Below, in pieces: positions 13,701 through 28,473 of a DNA stretch of 64,000 nt. This DNA is from Balanoglossus misakiensis. Lineage: Eukaryota; Animalia; Hemichordata. Within the stretch, counting starts at the first letter, position 1. The number at the start of each line of letters is the position of its first letter. The translations under genes and the position numbers were made by a program. The notes beneath the pieces were generated by a model. The model saw nothing but the letters and a program-made list of their open reading frames with translations. It did not search any database and was not told the origin of the DNA. The stretch spans positions 5,406,202 through 5,470,201 of the forward strand of contig CM082588.2 in the NCBI GenBank assembly GCA_040954595.2, read 5' to 3'.

Positions 13701-15152
13701 CACCTAGTACCTCGTGAGCGATCAATCATCCATGCAGTTCGATCCTCGCTATATTTGAACACAAGACCAACACTTTTACCCAGATCACTGATATTAAAAC
13801 AGCTGGCAATTACAACTCACTAAGAGCACCCCGCAAATAATCATCGAATACATCGATGTGCGATTACTCATCGCAGGACGAAATGTAAACTTTCAGACGA
13901 GGACGTAACTTTATAAGCTAGCATCAGGCTTTCTACAATTCAAATATTACTTAATGTTAAACGTTTTCCTCTTAAGTACGAAGTATTCTTACATAGAGAG
14001 GCTTCCATAGATTCTAAGTGTCTATAGTGAACTACAGACACACACAGAAATTCATTCTTTGGCCTCAAATCATGTGTCACTTATTTTAAACCTTTGAAAG
14101 CTGTCACATTGACAGGAGGTAAAACTATATTGTACGATTTTATTGAAATATATCACTATTTTCAGAGTAGTATTTTTTGTACAATTAATATTTATTTGAC
14201 AAGTATATATATTGAGTAATCAGTTTCTGGCCCTCATAAACACAGGATTTCTCTCCAAGCTAAACAATTGCAATGACTATAAAACTGGTAGATTAATGCA
14301 TTGTCGTTTCATTTGATTAATTAAAACTTGTCACCGTTTGACACTTTTATGACTTTTCTATAGGAAGTGTTAGAAGACAATATGGCTTAGTGCAGTTTTG
14401 TACATTAAAATCACCAATGCCTCTGGGCAGTATTCACACATGGAACCAGCGGGGTGTCACCTGAACAATTAATTTCATTGCGCCGTAAATCGAGTACAAT
14501 TTCAATGCATTTCACAGTGACATCATTCCATTTGTCATTTTTAAAAAAATAAAAGTGATCAAGCCAAATTTGAATACAGCACAGATTAAAGATATGAAAC
14601 ACATCGGCAAATATTTTTCACAAAAAAATCAAATTTCACGGTGATTTAAACATGGTGGCAGATGCTACAGATAGTAACTCTTTGGGAAATCCCAACGGGA
14701 GGGATTCACCCGGCTATGGCGAATTCCCAGCGGGCGAACTCACCCCGTCATTTCACGGCTAATAAGGTCTGGGCTTATACCTTTCTGCAAATTTATTGTC
14801 CCGCGTTATCAATATTGGATGGCTGGTATCAATCATAATTCGTCCTTTCTTTGATAGCACAGAGAGATGACGGAGAACAAAGGAAAACGCGGAGAGCGAT
14901 AAAACGGCCACATTATCAGTGTCCCTCTGGCTCAATATTTAGCTAGTGGGTTTTTATCTTTCGACTGCCATATCATATCACAGCTCACAACTTGTCCAAT
15001 TTCCAAACACATGGCATTTTCTCTGGAGTTGTGTTATTGTCATTTCATTAGCAGAATCAAAAACTGGTCCAAATGTTGAGTAGTTTAATACATGTACATG
15101 TAAGACTTGTCATGAAAATGCCCTTTAGCTGGCATATGATCAGCCAAATAAA

Positions 15153-15252
15153 GATGAATGAATGAATGAATGAATGAATGAATGAATTAATTAATTAATG
15201 AACGAACGAATGAACAAATGAACGGATGAACGAATGAATGGAGGAATGAATG
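15153..15252. repeat. (GAAT)n microsatellite, degenerate 3' half
   Basis: Direct reading. Confidence 0.9.
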
Positions 15253-18148
15253 CAAAGGGGTGTAGTTTTGATGTTTCCAAACAAAGTGGGTGACCTTAGA
15301 ATACATTACATGATGTACTGCCTGCTTACAGCTAGATGATTTGCAAATTGTAGGGCATTGCTATTCATCAATATTATTTTGTCTTATCACCAGGGACCGG
15401 CTTTTGTTGTGTTTAGCAAACAGCAGCAGGTGTGATGAAGAAGAATAGTTGAAGTCCACCCAGTGATAGATGATGCTCTAATTACACGGAGCTACAAGAA
15501 TCGATCTTCTTAATCTTCTAAATGACTTGTCTTCCTCTACCTTCATGCATCGCTAAGGACTCTACTGATTTGTTTCCCTCTGAATGCAGTTCCGACTCGG
15601 AATTCTAATTAAGCGTGTTGGCGGAGCCTGATTGATTATTTATTATGCAAATTTACGTATACGGTCCTAAATTTGCAATTCAAATAGCAGGTCTCGAAAA
15701 TCAAGATTGCATTTAAAGCTATGATGACTTCCAAATTATACTGTACCCCTTAAAGAGCAGCACTCAAATTTTAAAATTAGAGTACACTCATTAATTTTTC
15801 AATAAAAGATTTTATGTATGAGAGTGTCCACCATGTCTTGGCCCAATAAGTGCATGGTAATACGTCAGGTATAATCAACACATTTATACTTTTTTCAGTC
15901 AACTTTTCTAAATGTTGTCAGTGGTGTTTCCCTTGCTCAACCTGGATAACTAAAGAAATAGTCTAGTCAGCAATGATTCCGATAGCTGTACCTGAAGAAA
16001 CTTCAGCTGCAGCGCGATGAAGAGTGAGCACGGAAATGATTGTTTTGACGCTCAGTTAGGGTTTGCGAAACAAATACATGCTATGTATTTTCTTGAAAAC
16101 CTTGGAGACGTGATGTCTTTGTATTTCATGATTTCCCTGTCATGTACATGATGAAGTGATGGTGTGGGAGATCATGATAATTGATTAGTTGTCACCATGG
16201 AAATTATGATTTATGCAAATTTATCGCAGAGGTCAAAGTTTAAAGCTTCAACATGATCCTACGCACGCCCAGAATCAAGAGCGCCGAACATGTGATCAGC
16301 GGATTAAACGTCACTGGGACGAAAAAATTAGCTGTCACTGTTACAGCTGTCACGTTATGCAAATTTATGGATCTTGGTCAAAGTATAAATTAATCACGCG
16401 AAGCTGTCAGACAGCCGTGGTCTGATTCAAATTCAACGCGATCCAGCGCCTTTCATTTGAATCACCAACACGTACATCAACTAAACGGTATATGGAAATA
16501 GGGCGCGAGGCAAATAACGCTGAAGCCATCCCTTTGATATTTGCTCAAGTCATCAATTTTCATTGACGAATCCATTTGTTTTGCGCTCATGGGCAGGTCA
16601 GGCTTGAGAGAGATTGTCATCTAGAAATAGAGCGAGCGAGAGAGCGAGCGAGAGATAGCGACTGAGAGAGAGAGGCTCCCATCATTAAGGTTGTATTGTT
16701 AGAGGGGCATTTAGTGATAGGGTGTGAGTCTGGGCTAATGGCAGACTTCGGGAGATGACAGCGTGCAATCGGAAGAACATTCACTTCGAATTTTCTAATT
16801 TGGCGATGATGGCTCAGTGGTCTCACCATGACCTGCAGAACACCTGCCAAGACATTACACAACTGAATTGGCAAATTGTTGCATTCCGACATCTATTTTT
16901 TGCTCATGTGTAAATATCGCTCGTATTCTGGAAATTTAAATTGTTAATCACTGCATCACCACTTTCAGTACTTGTATGTACAACCTGACCTATTTTACTT
17001 CCGAAGAGTTACGGTGTTCTCAATAATTAAGTCATCAAACCGTCTAGTTCATGATACGACACAGGATGAAGGTGTTGCTATGACAACAAACGATGCAACC
17101 TTTGCCTGGAACTATAGAAAGGTATATAATATATAATTGAGTGCTTCGTGTTCCAATAAATTATCATCAGTGGCTTGATGTCTCAATTTAATAACAAATA
17201 CATTTGCAGACCATTAAGAAATACAATGTAAAGTCAACTGATTCATGACAACTGATTTTCTCATTTTGGAGACCTGCTGTACTGCACAAGTCCGAAATCA
17301 ATAGACCTGTGCACTGCATCAGTACAACCTCAAATAATTTATCAATAGTGATAGTTAAAACGTCCGCTGTTTCTAAGTGAGCAGGTTGCGATGAGCAACA
17401 AAACATGTTGCTCAATCGTCAGTCAGTGGGTGAAATTGCATGCTTTCTCCACGTATACTATAGGCAGCTAGTAGTACCATACAGTCATCGATCTACCATG
17501 ACTAACACTCAAGAATTAAAGCAATATCATTAATTTCTGCTGCTGCCTACAGGTTGTACGGTAGCTTGTCTTTACACAAATTAATAGTATTTGCTATTGT
17601 GACTTCTCACAAGTTTTGATTCCTATAAGCTGCTTGAGATGGCCTGGGTTTTGCCTGTTCTTGGAGACATGCCCTCAAATATACAACGGCTGGACTTATC
17701 TCTATCACAGACAGATGAAGTTCTGCCAAGTTCAATGTCACACGTCATGGCCGCTGTAGATAACAACACTGACAAATGAAATACTCCACTCTCTGGCGTG
17801 CAATTAATGCTGATATCACCGATCGTACACTTCACTGCCAGTGTCAATATCTCAGTTCTTCATGTGATGAGACAAGACAAACATGCTGGTATGCATGCAA
17901 ATGATTCTCGTTCCCCAATCGCGCTGATATTGATCGTTTTATTTGCAGAAGTCCTGCGATACTCCTGATCCCAGCACAAACACTCTGGTGTGCCGATTCT
18001 ACTGGGACTCAAATTGCAATTTGAAAGTATCACGGAATTAATATTAGACTTTGTTGGATTTTGTTGCAATGAATCATGTAACAGAAATATGAATGTGAGT
18101 CACAGAGGCAAAGTATTCATTTACTTGCAAGCTAGTACCCAGTAAATG

Positions 18149-18292
18149 GACTGACTGACTGACTGACTAGATGAATGAATGAATGAATGAATGAATGAAT
18201 GAATGAATGAATGAATGAATGAATGAATGAATGAATGAATGAAAGAATGAATGAATGAATGAATGAAAGAATGAACAAACGAACAAACGAAC
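18149..18292. repeat. Compound (GACT)5-(GAAT)n-(GAAC) microsatellite
   Basis: Direct reading. Confidence 0.95.
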
Positions 18293-20966
18293 TACGGGTG
18301 CACTGGATTGCAACACTGACTCAACCTACGACGAAAACTTCAATCTTTGTTTTCCTCTCTAACGTGCTGACAAAAATCGCCAGAGGGTAAGGTCATCCAC
18401 CGGGGTCAAGAAAGTGGCCAATTAAGTCTTGCGACGGGAAATTGCACACAGACACACACCTGGGAGAATGTGGTATATGCCACTGCAGTCATTTTGCAAA
18501 GAACTCCTTTGAGTCAAAGGAAAAAACCTAGAGGGAGGGGATGACATAAGACAGACAAGCCAGAGGCAAACACTTGGTCAAAAGAGGCAGATCTCTCACA
18601 CATAAGGACACAGTTCCCGATCGAACGGGCCCTCACAAGACGTTCCCGCGTTCGCATGCAAGTGAATGCCTTGTAGCTAACATGGCTTTTTCCCCCTTGT
18701 ACGGTTGCTTGTCAATTTAAATGCAAATAGGACAAGATGTATCTAAGCTGCTAATTAAACCAGCTGCAGCCGCATATTGTGTGTGGAGATATTCGACTCG
18801 CTGCTATGTAATGAAATGTACTGCTCTTTATCCTTACAAACAAGTATAGAATGTGGCGCATGTACATAAAAATGTGGGTTCGCATCCTTTGCAAAGTGCA
18901 GAGAGGCGAACTGATCAAAGACTGTGCTAAAAATTAAAGTCTCGCGACAATGAACATCACACCCGATTGCACTTGCAGCTGCAGGTGGGGGCACCCATTC
19001 ACAATGTGCCAGCCAAACAAACCAATCATTTGAGCCATAATCAAATACGCCAGATCCTGTCAGCTCGCGGCCATCACGTACAACTTCACGGCAGATCCGA
19101 TATTACGATGGATTACCCGTACAAGGTGATTTCGGACGCAAATGTGACTGAAATAAATGGAATTCGATTTCCAGGATTAAGCTCTCTAATGCCAAATCAG
19201 ATTCCTCGCTCGCTAAACTCCGACTGCAGTCGCGGAAAGTAAATTTATAAATTCGGCGTGTGGTTTGGATTTTACCAATTAGTTTGTTCATGCTAAATCA
19301 CTACAAGGCAGTGGATTCGAAAATTTTGTAATGATTTTCATTAGTTCTGTAAAGGAACCCATTTGTTTTTATTTCTTGAGGTCAGTGACTCAATCTTCTC
19401 GGGCTATTTAGCTTATAGCTGCTTAGTGAGCAGAATGCGTTACAAGTATACAGTGGGGACTGCCACTCATGCAGATGGCACACAAAGCTGGCGAAGTGTG
19501 GACTCGCTAGAGATGTTTTTTCGGCGAGACGTTTCAAGATTGTTGAAAGGTTATTGCCGTGAAATTACAACACGTGGCGGTGACAAGTTTGCTGCTCCAA
19601 CTCTGGGATAAGCCACCAATATTATCAGGTTTTCACAGTTGAAACCTACTGAAACCGAGAAAACACTGGCAAAATTCATATTGCCATGTTTTCCCTCTGC
19701 AGAGATCAAACATTACTATACAAAACACGATTTGGGTTAAAACCACGACCTTGTATTTTTATTGTGCACATAAAAAAAATGCCACACTGCAAATGTATGA
19801 GCATGTATCAGGAAGTACAATATAAATGTTTTGAGTGGGTTCAATACGCGCCGTTCCTTTTCTGTCACTAGCACGTGTGTGACGGCGATGAGCACTTTTA
19901 CGAGAGAGAACAAAATAATCTTGAGATTTGAATGTTACATACAGAAACTGACAAAATGAAACTGTGCATTAGACGTTGAGAGACTGTGAGGCACTCGTAA
20001 GCTGTCACAGACGACAGGCAATTTCCGAAGTTACATTATCCGAGAGTAATTTTTCGAAAGGGGCGACAAAAGGTCTGGTTGACACGTCGGGGGTGAAGTG
20101 CGACCGGCTCGGGAAATCGCGCAAAGCCGCACTCGGCACCGCGGAAATTCCGGGAACGAATAGCGACAACCTTGTAAATGGATTAATGTACGGCGAGGGA
20201 CAAGTGTTAGTGATACACCAGAGTGCCAGTGTGGCGAATTACACTTCGTGTGAACATTTTTATAAAAAGTTACTTACAGGAGAGTGCACCTCTCTGACTC
20301 AAAGTAGCGAGATCGGCTTCGCGTCGTTATTTGCATGTAAATAGGGTCTTTCTCTTTTTTTTTAGGCTGCGGAGGAAATTTGCTGGCACGTATTGAAAGA
20401 TTTACGACATAATCCCAACCTCAAATGGATGGAAAATGAATCAATCCCAATTATGTATTTTTTTATTGGTGAAATCCCTATCTAGGCCCGCTCGGAGATG
20501 GTACACGTACGAGCTGTTGTGAGTGTCGTACAAAACAACCAGAACACGGAAAAAAAATGCTCTTTGGGAAACATCTGCTCTGTAACATCATTAATCTTTT
20601 GAAAAGTCTTTGTTGCTCTTAAGATGCAAGAATCCCACATCGGCGCCAACTTGTTGAAAGATTTCTTTAGAAACCGCTCCTGTCTCTATTCACGACACTC
20701 TCGCGCATCTCCTACAAAGTCACTTTGCATTGCCATTCATCGGATGATTCTGCTAATGACGACCGGGAAACAATTTTCTTTTTTTTTCTTCAGCCCTCAT
20801 CCCTTCTCTCTGTTGAAGGTTAATGATTCAACTACGCACAAGACATTACTAGTTCGAGGTTGAAATGGAAATCATTAAAGACGCGTGCTTCAATTCTGAG
20901 CGCTGCGGCTGTAATGCCAAGGTCAGGGGTCATTCCCAGAAAATAAATGGAGTGTTCACAGATCAT

Positions 20967-21075
20967 CTTTTCTCTCTCTGTCTCTCTCTCTCTCTCGCTC
21001 TCTCTCTCCCTCTTTTTTTCTCTCTCTGTCTTTCTCTCTTCTCTCTCTCTCTCTCCATTCTCTCTGTCTCTCTTC
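20967..21075. repeat. Imperfect (CT)n polypyrimidine tract
   Basis: Direct reading; explains the low-complexity ORFs on both strands. Confidence 0.95.
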
Positions 21076-24000
21076 ACATCAGTTATACAATCCTTGTCAT
21101 CATTTGAACCAACAGAAGGACACAATTTTTCAAGTTCTTGCAATTATTTTTTTCACTTCCTTAGAATCAAATGCATCTCAAAAACATGATCACTGAAAAA
21201 CCTGGCGCAGAAGGGTCAGTGTCAGGTCACGGCGATTTCTAATGGCATTGTCAGGAGTGATTTACGAGACACAAGGAGACATAAAATGGACAGAGAAAAT
21301 AATTATCATTATCGCTTCAAAAAACGGATCATTAGTCACAGGAGAGAACGAGAGGATGGATGTACTGATTGGACCATGAGCCACTCTACCAAATGGGTGC
21401 AATTACATTATTGCAGACACATAAAAAAGACAGTAATTTGTTTATTGACTGGGTCAAGGGTCAGTTTGGTACTTGAACTTAATTTTTCTCTTGCAGGTGC
21501 TGGTTAGATATTCCCTTTTAACCTGCATGTTATTCTAGAAACAAACCATTTTCAGATCAAATTTTACATCAATATTAATGCGATCTTTTTTTTGAAAGAG
21601 CAATTATCATTTTCATGATGCAGCTCTGGCATCTATTTCATGAGTATATTTTCAAATTCTACCAAGTTAAGGAGGCTTGAATTCTCTCGCTGATCTAAGC
21701 TGTCTTGCTTCCTACATCTTTGCCGGTTGCCGTACCAACCACTGGATGCGTGCAGGTGTTCAGATTCAGAGATTACGAGCACGGCTTGAGAGTGAGATTG
21801 GGCGAGATTACAAGCGAAAATCCTGTCGTCTTTGAGATGTACGCCCATCAGATATATATAGTTGAATAATGACAAAAGTACTTTAAATGCACATTTTTAC
21901 ACAGATTTCAGCCTTGCGAGACATTATTCTAATTTAGTGAAACTGACCAGCAACATTTCTGTTTTAGGCAGTTCATCCAATTTTTCGCTTCGTTTTAAAG
22001 TTCTTTTAATTAGTTATTAAAACCATGATGATCAACGTAATCACAGCCTATGAAAGTACAGAGAGAAGAAATCTGCATTTTCAAATCAGCAGTCAGCAAA
22101 ATAAATCAATACGAAAAATGGAATATGCTTGTTAGTGAATAGGGAGACTGCAATCTGCCACATACACCCCAATTATTTTTTGTCCTCTCAATCTGATGCA
22201 GAAATTACACCAAAATTATTGATTTGTGGTGTACGGTGATCTGTTTGCACTGTCACAGTACACTCGTCATTTGAAACGAATCACACACGCAAGATATGAT
22301 CCGTGCCACTGAGAAATTATACGGAAATATCTACATTTCAATTGAACCTAATTGACTTTTTTGGATATTAAAATCAACAAAAACCAACAAAACCACAAGT
22401 TCTTGATAAAAATTGACTGTAGTAACTTAATATGATTTTACAGTGAGTTCCGTGTTATCATATACAGTTTCTTTGCTCTCTTTCTCTGCTTCCTGTATTG
22501 GGCCTTGCGTGCAAAGTCAACGTGTGAATACAATTTCAGTAGATATTAACTGTTGATAATTGAATGGAAGGGCAGAATTAAAGTCAGCTTTTGTGGTAAC
22601 AAACAAAAATGCACAAGCTGTGCAAATGAGCTGAATACTGGTATTTTGACAAGCTTTTGGGAGACTGCAGAGGAGTTATTTGACACACACAATGCAAATT
22701 CTATGAAGTTGTCAAAAGTTGCAGGCTATTGTCCCTTTAATAAAGCAGCACATTCATAGTCTAGTCAAACTGCACCAACCTGTGCAGCTCATATCACAAA
22801 CGCTGATATGAAACTATACAATAGTATACTCAAAATATCATATTTCAAAAATCTGATATCCAATTTTGTGTGAATTGCTGTAGCTTTGAACTTATTTATG
22901 ACTATTTAGAACGTGCTAGTTGAAATATTATATGAATGAAAACTGTTGATGCGAATTTATGTAAAACCTGGAAAAGAAAATGAGGTAATGAGATTTCAGT
23001 GCAAATGTTCACTATAATTCGGGCTTGTCATTTTCTGCCCATAATGTATGACTCAGAAAAGTGAAGAAGTCTGCAGCACGCATCGATCGTCACACTTACG
23101 ACCTGAAAATGATGGATAATTTCGCAAGATATTCCAACACATTAATCCGAAGCCAATTACCGTACTTGATGAACATATACCGAGCTGTGTGATTCACAAC
23201 TTGCAGTACTTCAAGTTTAATCATCAGACGACTCTGTATTCAACAGACGTCTTTCCCTCCCCCTTGCAAGACGCTGCTTAACACCTGTGACAAAAGATCG
23301 CTGCCTGCGCTCGTTTATTTTAATTTTGGTTCTGAAAACGAGAGAAAAAAGCATCGAAAATCTGATTCATTCAACGATCTCATTACTGTCATCCGACTTC
23401 CTGTCCCCATCTCTACTGGCACGGTTGAAAACCACATTTCTCCAAATTCACCTTCGCTGTCTGTCAAACTCTACAGCCTGATAACTTTTGAGGAAAATTA
23501 AATGTTTTAGTCGTTTTTTCACTCTAGTGACATGTTTCTTTTCTGGGACAACTCTCACTGAGATTTCAATCACAAAGTAAACTAATTTCCCAAGCTAGCT
23601 ATCTTCATCTCCTTTCTATAACAGCGATTAATATTGGCAGCCTATATTTTACTATTATTCAGTGCTGCATTTCCATGGCGATAAAAGGCAAGGAATCCTT
23701 TCATTTCTCAAATTACAGTGATAGATTTGTTCTGCCGTACAAAAGACCTGATGCTCTGATTTCGAAATTGAAACTAAAATGTGAATTCTAAGTTATCTTG
23801 TCTGACATACATGGGAAATTATCTGTAGTTTTCGTCTTCATCACCACGGTTTCCTAGGTAACAAAAATGATGTGGATGACAGATAGTGTCTGTCATCGCA
23901 GAGTCGAACTGTTTGATGTCATAAGATATGGGACAATAATGGACAAAAAAGGCAAGTATCTCGGTCAATATCACAGGACATTGTATCGCTGACAATATGT

Positions 24001-26126
24001 TGGCAAGGCAATCTTGTTTGTAGGTAGAAAACTGACACACTGAAGAGTATCTCAACTTGATACTAGTAAGAGATACCGCACTATCAAATTCCGAGCGGTT
24101 CATGAAACAGGTGGAATGAATTTTCAAGATGGCTCTATATTCATAGATTCACAAATCCACTCAGGATAAAATTCGAATATTATTAAACGTAAAGACGGAG
24201 AGTGAAATGAAAGAAACAGGAAACATTCAAGTCCAGTGTGCCCTCTAAATAAACATGATTTTTCACTAGCTTTGGCTCAATTTGAGAATTTCTAGAATTT
24301 GTCGAGTCAGTGGTGCATCATATTGGCTTAGAGGGCACACTGTTCAAGACTGTATAAGACAGAGAGGGGACAGTATGTCTGCATACACCATATGCAAATA
24401 TTATACAGTACGTTCTTTCCAGTCATGTTATGTGCTGGATATAAATATCATTGCTGCTGCAGTACTTGGTGAAAATTGTACTTTCTTATTTTTTCAATCA
24501 TGACAAATAACCTTTGGCATTTTCTTAAACAACACTAGGTTCTTAGGAAACTCTACAAGTCCAGATATCAATTTGAATTGATCGTATTTCAGTGAAAACC
24601 TTCATTTTCTGAATTCTTCCCACATTTCCCCCATATTAAGAAATCGTACAATCAACCTCTTTCCCCCAAAAGAGTGACCATGTCAAAAACTTGTTCATAA
24701 CTCTCCTCCCCTTTACAATTTTTTTTTGGGCAATCGTGCGTTTGATGTCATTTTTTTCGCTTCTTCTCGAATCAGGCCACGTACACCCCTGGCCTCAAGT
24801 CCAAAACGCCCGACAAGGCGAAGTGACAAGCAAACTAATTCACCTGCACGTGATGATGACCCACAAGTGGCCTTGTGCGGAAGTCCTTTTCCATTTCACT
24901 TCATCACCTCTGTTTTAATGCTCCCCTCGACAGTTTGCCTTTCACGTTTCCGCGACTTGCAATCTCAATAAGTCTCTGCCCACGCCAGGCTGCAGGGGCT
25001 CTCCGAATCCACACAATATATATTCCGGCATGATTTTTTCCTTTATAAACAGTTGCCGACTGTTCTGATTGAACGGCAGTAGAATGTAACGGAAAAGCAC
25101 TACGGGGCTTTTGCAATAAACCGAGTTGTCAACTTTACAGTTCTGTTTTATTTGCACATTGCATGTGTCCCGACTCACCCCCCCCCCCCCACACACACAC
25201 ACAAAGCATGAGAGGCCCATGCTAAATCATGTAAATGCCAAAGGTTTGACCAAGACAACAAAACTACCTATGATTTATGTCAAAGATAAAACTTCAGTCT
25301 TGCTAATGTCCTAATAATATGGAATTCAAGCCCCTTGGGATGGCAACTGTGTTCTAAGAAGCGACCGGACAAATAGCTTTCTCAATGCAAGCGCACGAAG
25401 ACACACATTCCATTCATGATATTATTTTAATCGTCCGTGTCTTGACAGCTGAAATGATGAGAGTCTTTATGAGAATTGATATTTCCCAACAAAAGCCGTC
25501 ATCGGGCGTGTACACGACCCACATTGCAAAAGAAATTCGCCTGATTACTGTCTCGCCACATAAAATGACAGTTTTGAGTATGAATTCAGGTATCCTCTCT
25601 CAGCCGTGTCCATTTCACCCTCAAGACTCATCAGACTGTAACCACGGCAACGAGCCACACACGCCCCCGCGCGGGTCAGCCAGGCTCTCTCGGTGCATTC
25701 CTACGCAGATCACGCGCGTACGTCCCACTCCTCATCTGGGTTGCCACGCACACACACATAATGACTGCACCAAATTGAGCAGTTTTCTTTCTTCATCACC
25801 TGCCATTTTCATGTTTGGCTGCGAGGCAGTGAAGTCTTCATCAGTTGGGGGAAATAAAAGCCCTAAAATACACTTGATACTGCGCATCCCATACACAATG
25901 CATCTCCATCTGTACATCAGAGGATTCTTTGAGAATAGATGCATACCTGTTCTTCTAAAGCTAGATTTCTCTATTTCTGAAACCCCCCAGGCAATGTAAC
26001 CATTAAGTGACGTTTTACAAAGCACCGGCAGAAGGCAGATTTGATCTGCATGATGATAAATGTGTGAATACGTGAATCCTAAAGATTCATGTGGGCATTC
26101 AATGTAAGCCTTCAGTAGTAGTGATG

Positions 26127-26256
<130 letters not shown>

Positions 26257-28289
26257 ACAGCACTACATGTACTATGTACATGTACATCTACAAAAACACA
26301 AAAAACGTAACCCTAAAAGTCTTGAATTCTCCCTTCAGACTCATATCCCACAAGAGTCTGGGAAAGAACTGGAACTAGTCGGCAGAAAATGGTGTGCTTC
26401 TTCATCAAAAATTTATGATACAAGTTCTTCTATCAGCAAAGAAGGTGATGTCAAATTACATACAAGTCCTTCACTCATGTTACTGGGACTCTGTTCTCCC
26501 CTTGCACTTCAGGCTAAGTAGACACTGGGGGCCGCAGCAAACCGTACATCTTGCTGACAGACAGTGCAGAGTTATATCTGGAAAGTGTCAGGATATACAC
26601 AATTTTTGCCTATCCACATACTGAAATTTCAAACCAGCCTTATCTACACACTACATTTTAAAATTCAGCTAAAACTTTAAATAATTAAATTCTGGCAAAA
26701 TGTTTCAAGAATTGTTTCTGTTAATATTTTTTCTAGTTATTATCTGAAGGAAGTTGGTGAAAGAAGTGGTATATATCGACTTGACAAACAATTACTGTTT
26801 GAGTGACCTGAAAATATCAGCCATGATAGCGTGTTACAATCTTCCTGGCTGCGATCCGATTCCATGGCAACACCCGGCTGGAGGCTCCATTTCTCCGCTA
26901 ATGATTTTCCAGGAAGACCCCCATCAAATGGGAAAATAACCACCTGTCTGTCCTGATTGGGAGGAACTCCGCCCTCTCCCTGTCATTGGCTCATGGCTGC
27001 CGCTCCGCAAATATCCCCCCCCCCCCCTCCTCCCCCAAAATCAATAAATTGCAAAACAACCCGACCGTCATCGCAAAAGGTCAGTGTGTGAGAACCCCTT
27101 GCAGGTAAAACTCAGGTAAATAATACAGCCATACAGAGAAGATCTCCGCTAATCAGACGACTTGAAACACAAGTCCAGGGGAACAAAACAGATTCCTTTC
27201 TCGAGTCCCCCAGAGATGGATTCGATCACAAAATTGCCCCGTTTAGTTTCATGTACCTTCTCCTTCAAGCAATATAGCTGTCACAATCAAGGTTTCTTTG
27301 ATCTCCACATAAATCTTGCTTTATCTCCTGGCATTCGTAATACAACTCCTCAAGTCCGGCCTCACCCGACAGTGTTTTCTTCGATTACACCATGGTTCTT
27401 TTCTATATATATATTTTATTGTCATTCTTTTCTACATGTACATGTACATTTTATTGTCATACTTAAACTGCACATAATGTCTGTCTATTCTCAAAAGTCT
27501 TTCTTGAATTCTGAATTTTCTTGCACATGGTGACAATTTTTTTAATCTAATCCATCTAAAGACACAGCATAGTAAAATGATGTACACACATTACAGGTAC
27601 ACGTATACACTACTGGGTATAATGGTGTATTGGCATTTTTCATAAAACACTAATAATGACATCATTCGCTCAGCTTCAATTTCAGCCCAAATCCTTTAAA
27701 TCTGTGGTTGAATCCAGCACTATGTCTTGTTAGCACAGCGAAGCAATGACTAATTCAACACTCTCCTCTTAAATGCATTTTCAGATCTGATTTCATTGCG
27801 TTGCTATTACCTGAGAGTATAGCGGATACAGCAATCAAGACCGATAAATCATTTCTTTCCATCAATACACGAATGTTTACATCGCGCTCTACGCATATCA
27901 ACCTAAACTAACACTCCTTCAAATTATACTTCAAGAGTCATTTTATTATTCTTTTCCCAAGCTGTCGAGTTGGGTATCCCAATCTCCCATGATGCCTCCT
28001 CGAATTAACGTGCAAGGTCAAAGGGCACTTGGCAGGACGGTGGCGCGGAATGACAATAAGGCCGTGATTTCTGGGCAGATCGGGCGTTAAATGTCACCTC
28101 GGCCAATAAACACTGATTGAAAGTACGGAGAACAGTGAGGATTTAATACTTGAGTGGTTTGGGACCGAATGATGGCGGTTTTATTTAGGGGGGATACAAC
28201 TGAAACCCACCATCATGCAACAAATTGCAATGTAACAAATGTACTGCTACTTTGAGTTTGATGTATCACATACAGCAATACCACTTTAA

Positions 28290-28473
28290 AGGTATACGGC
28301 CACCCATGGAAAAATAGCTATAGTTACCATGGCAAATTGAGATCTAGCCAATCACAGATTTTCAGTGGGTGGCACACGTGAAAAAAGAGCGCCATCATAT
28401 GTTCTTTAGAACGCTCAAATACGCCATTTCAGCCGTATATGGGCGTATGTAAATTGGAGGTGACTGTGTACCT
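28290..28473. mobile_element. TTAA-flanked MITE (Kolobok-like termini), family A
   Basis: TTAA|AGGTATACGGCCACC ... GGTGACTGTGTACCT|TTAA; interior is similar to 59198-59370 in reverse orientation. Confidence 0.75.

Noticed and set aside
20832-21189. ER-rich and SL-rich ORFs
   Set aside because: Translations of the (CT)n tract.
25385-25999. 204-aa plus-strand ORF
   Set aside because: No domain or codon pattern; overlaps motif-rich non-coding sequence; probably chance.
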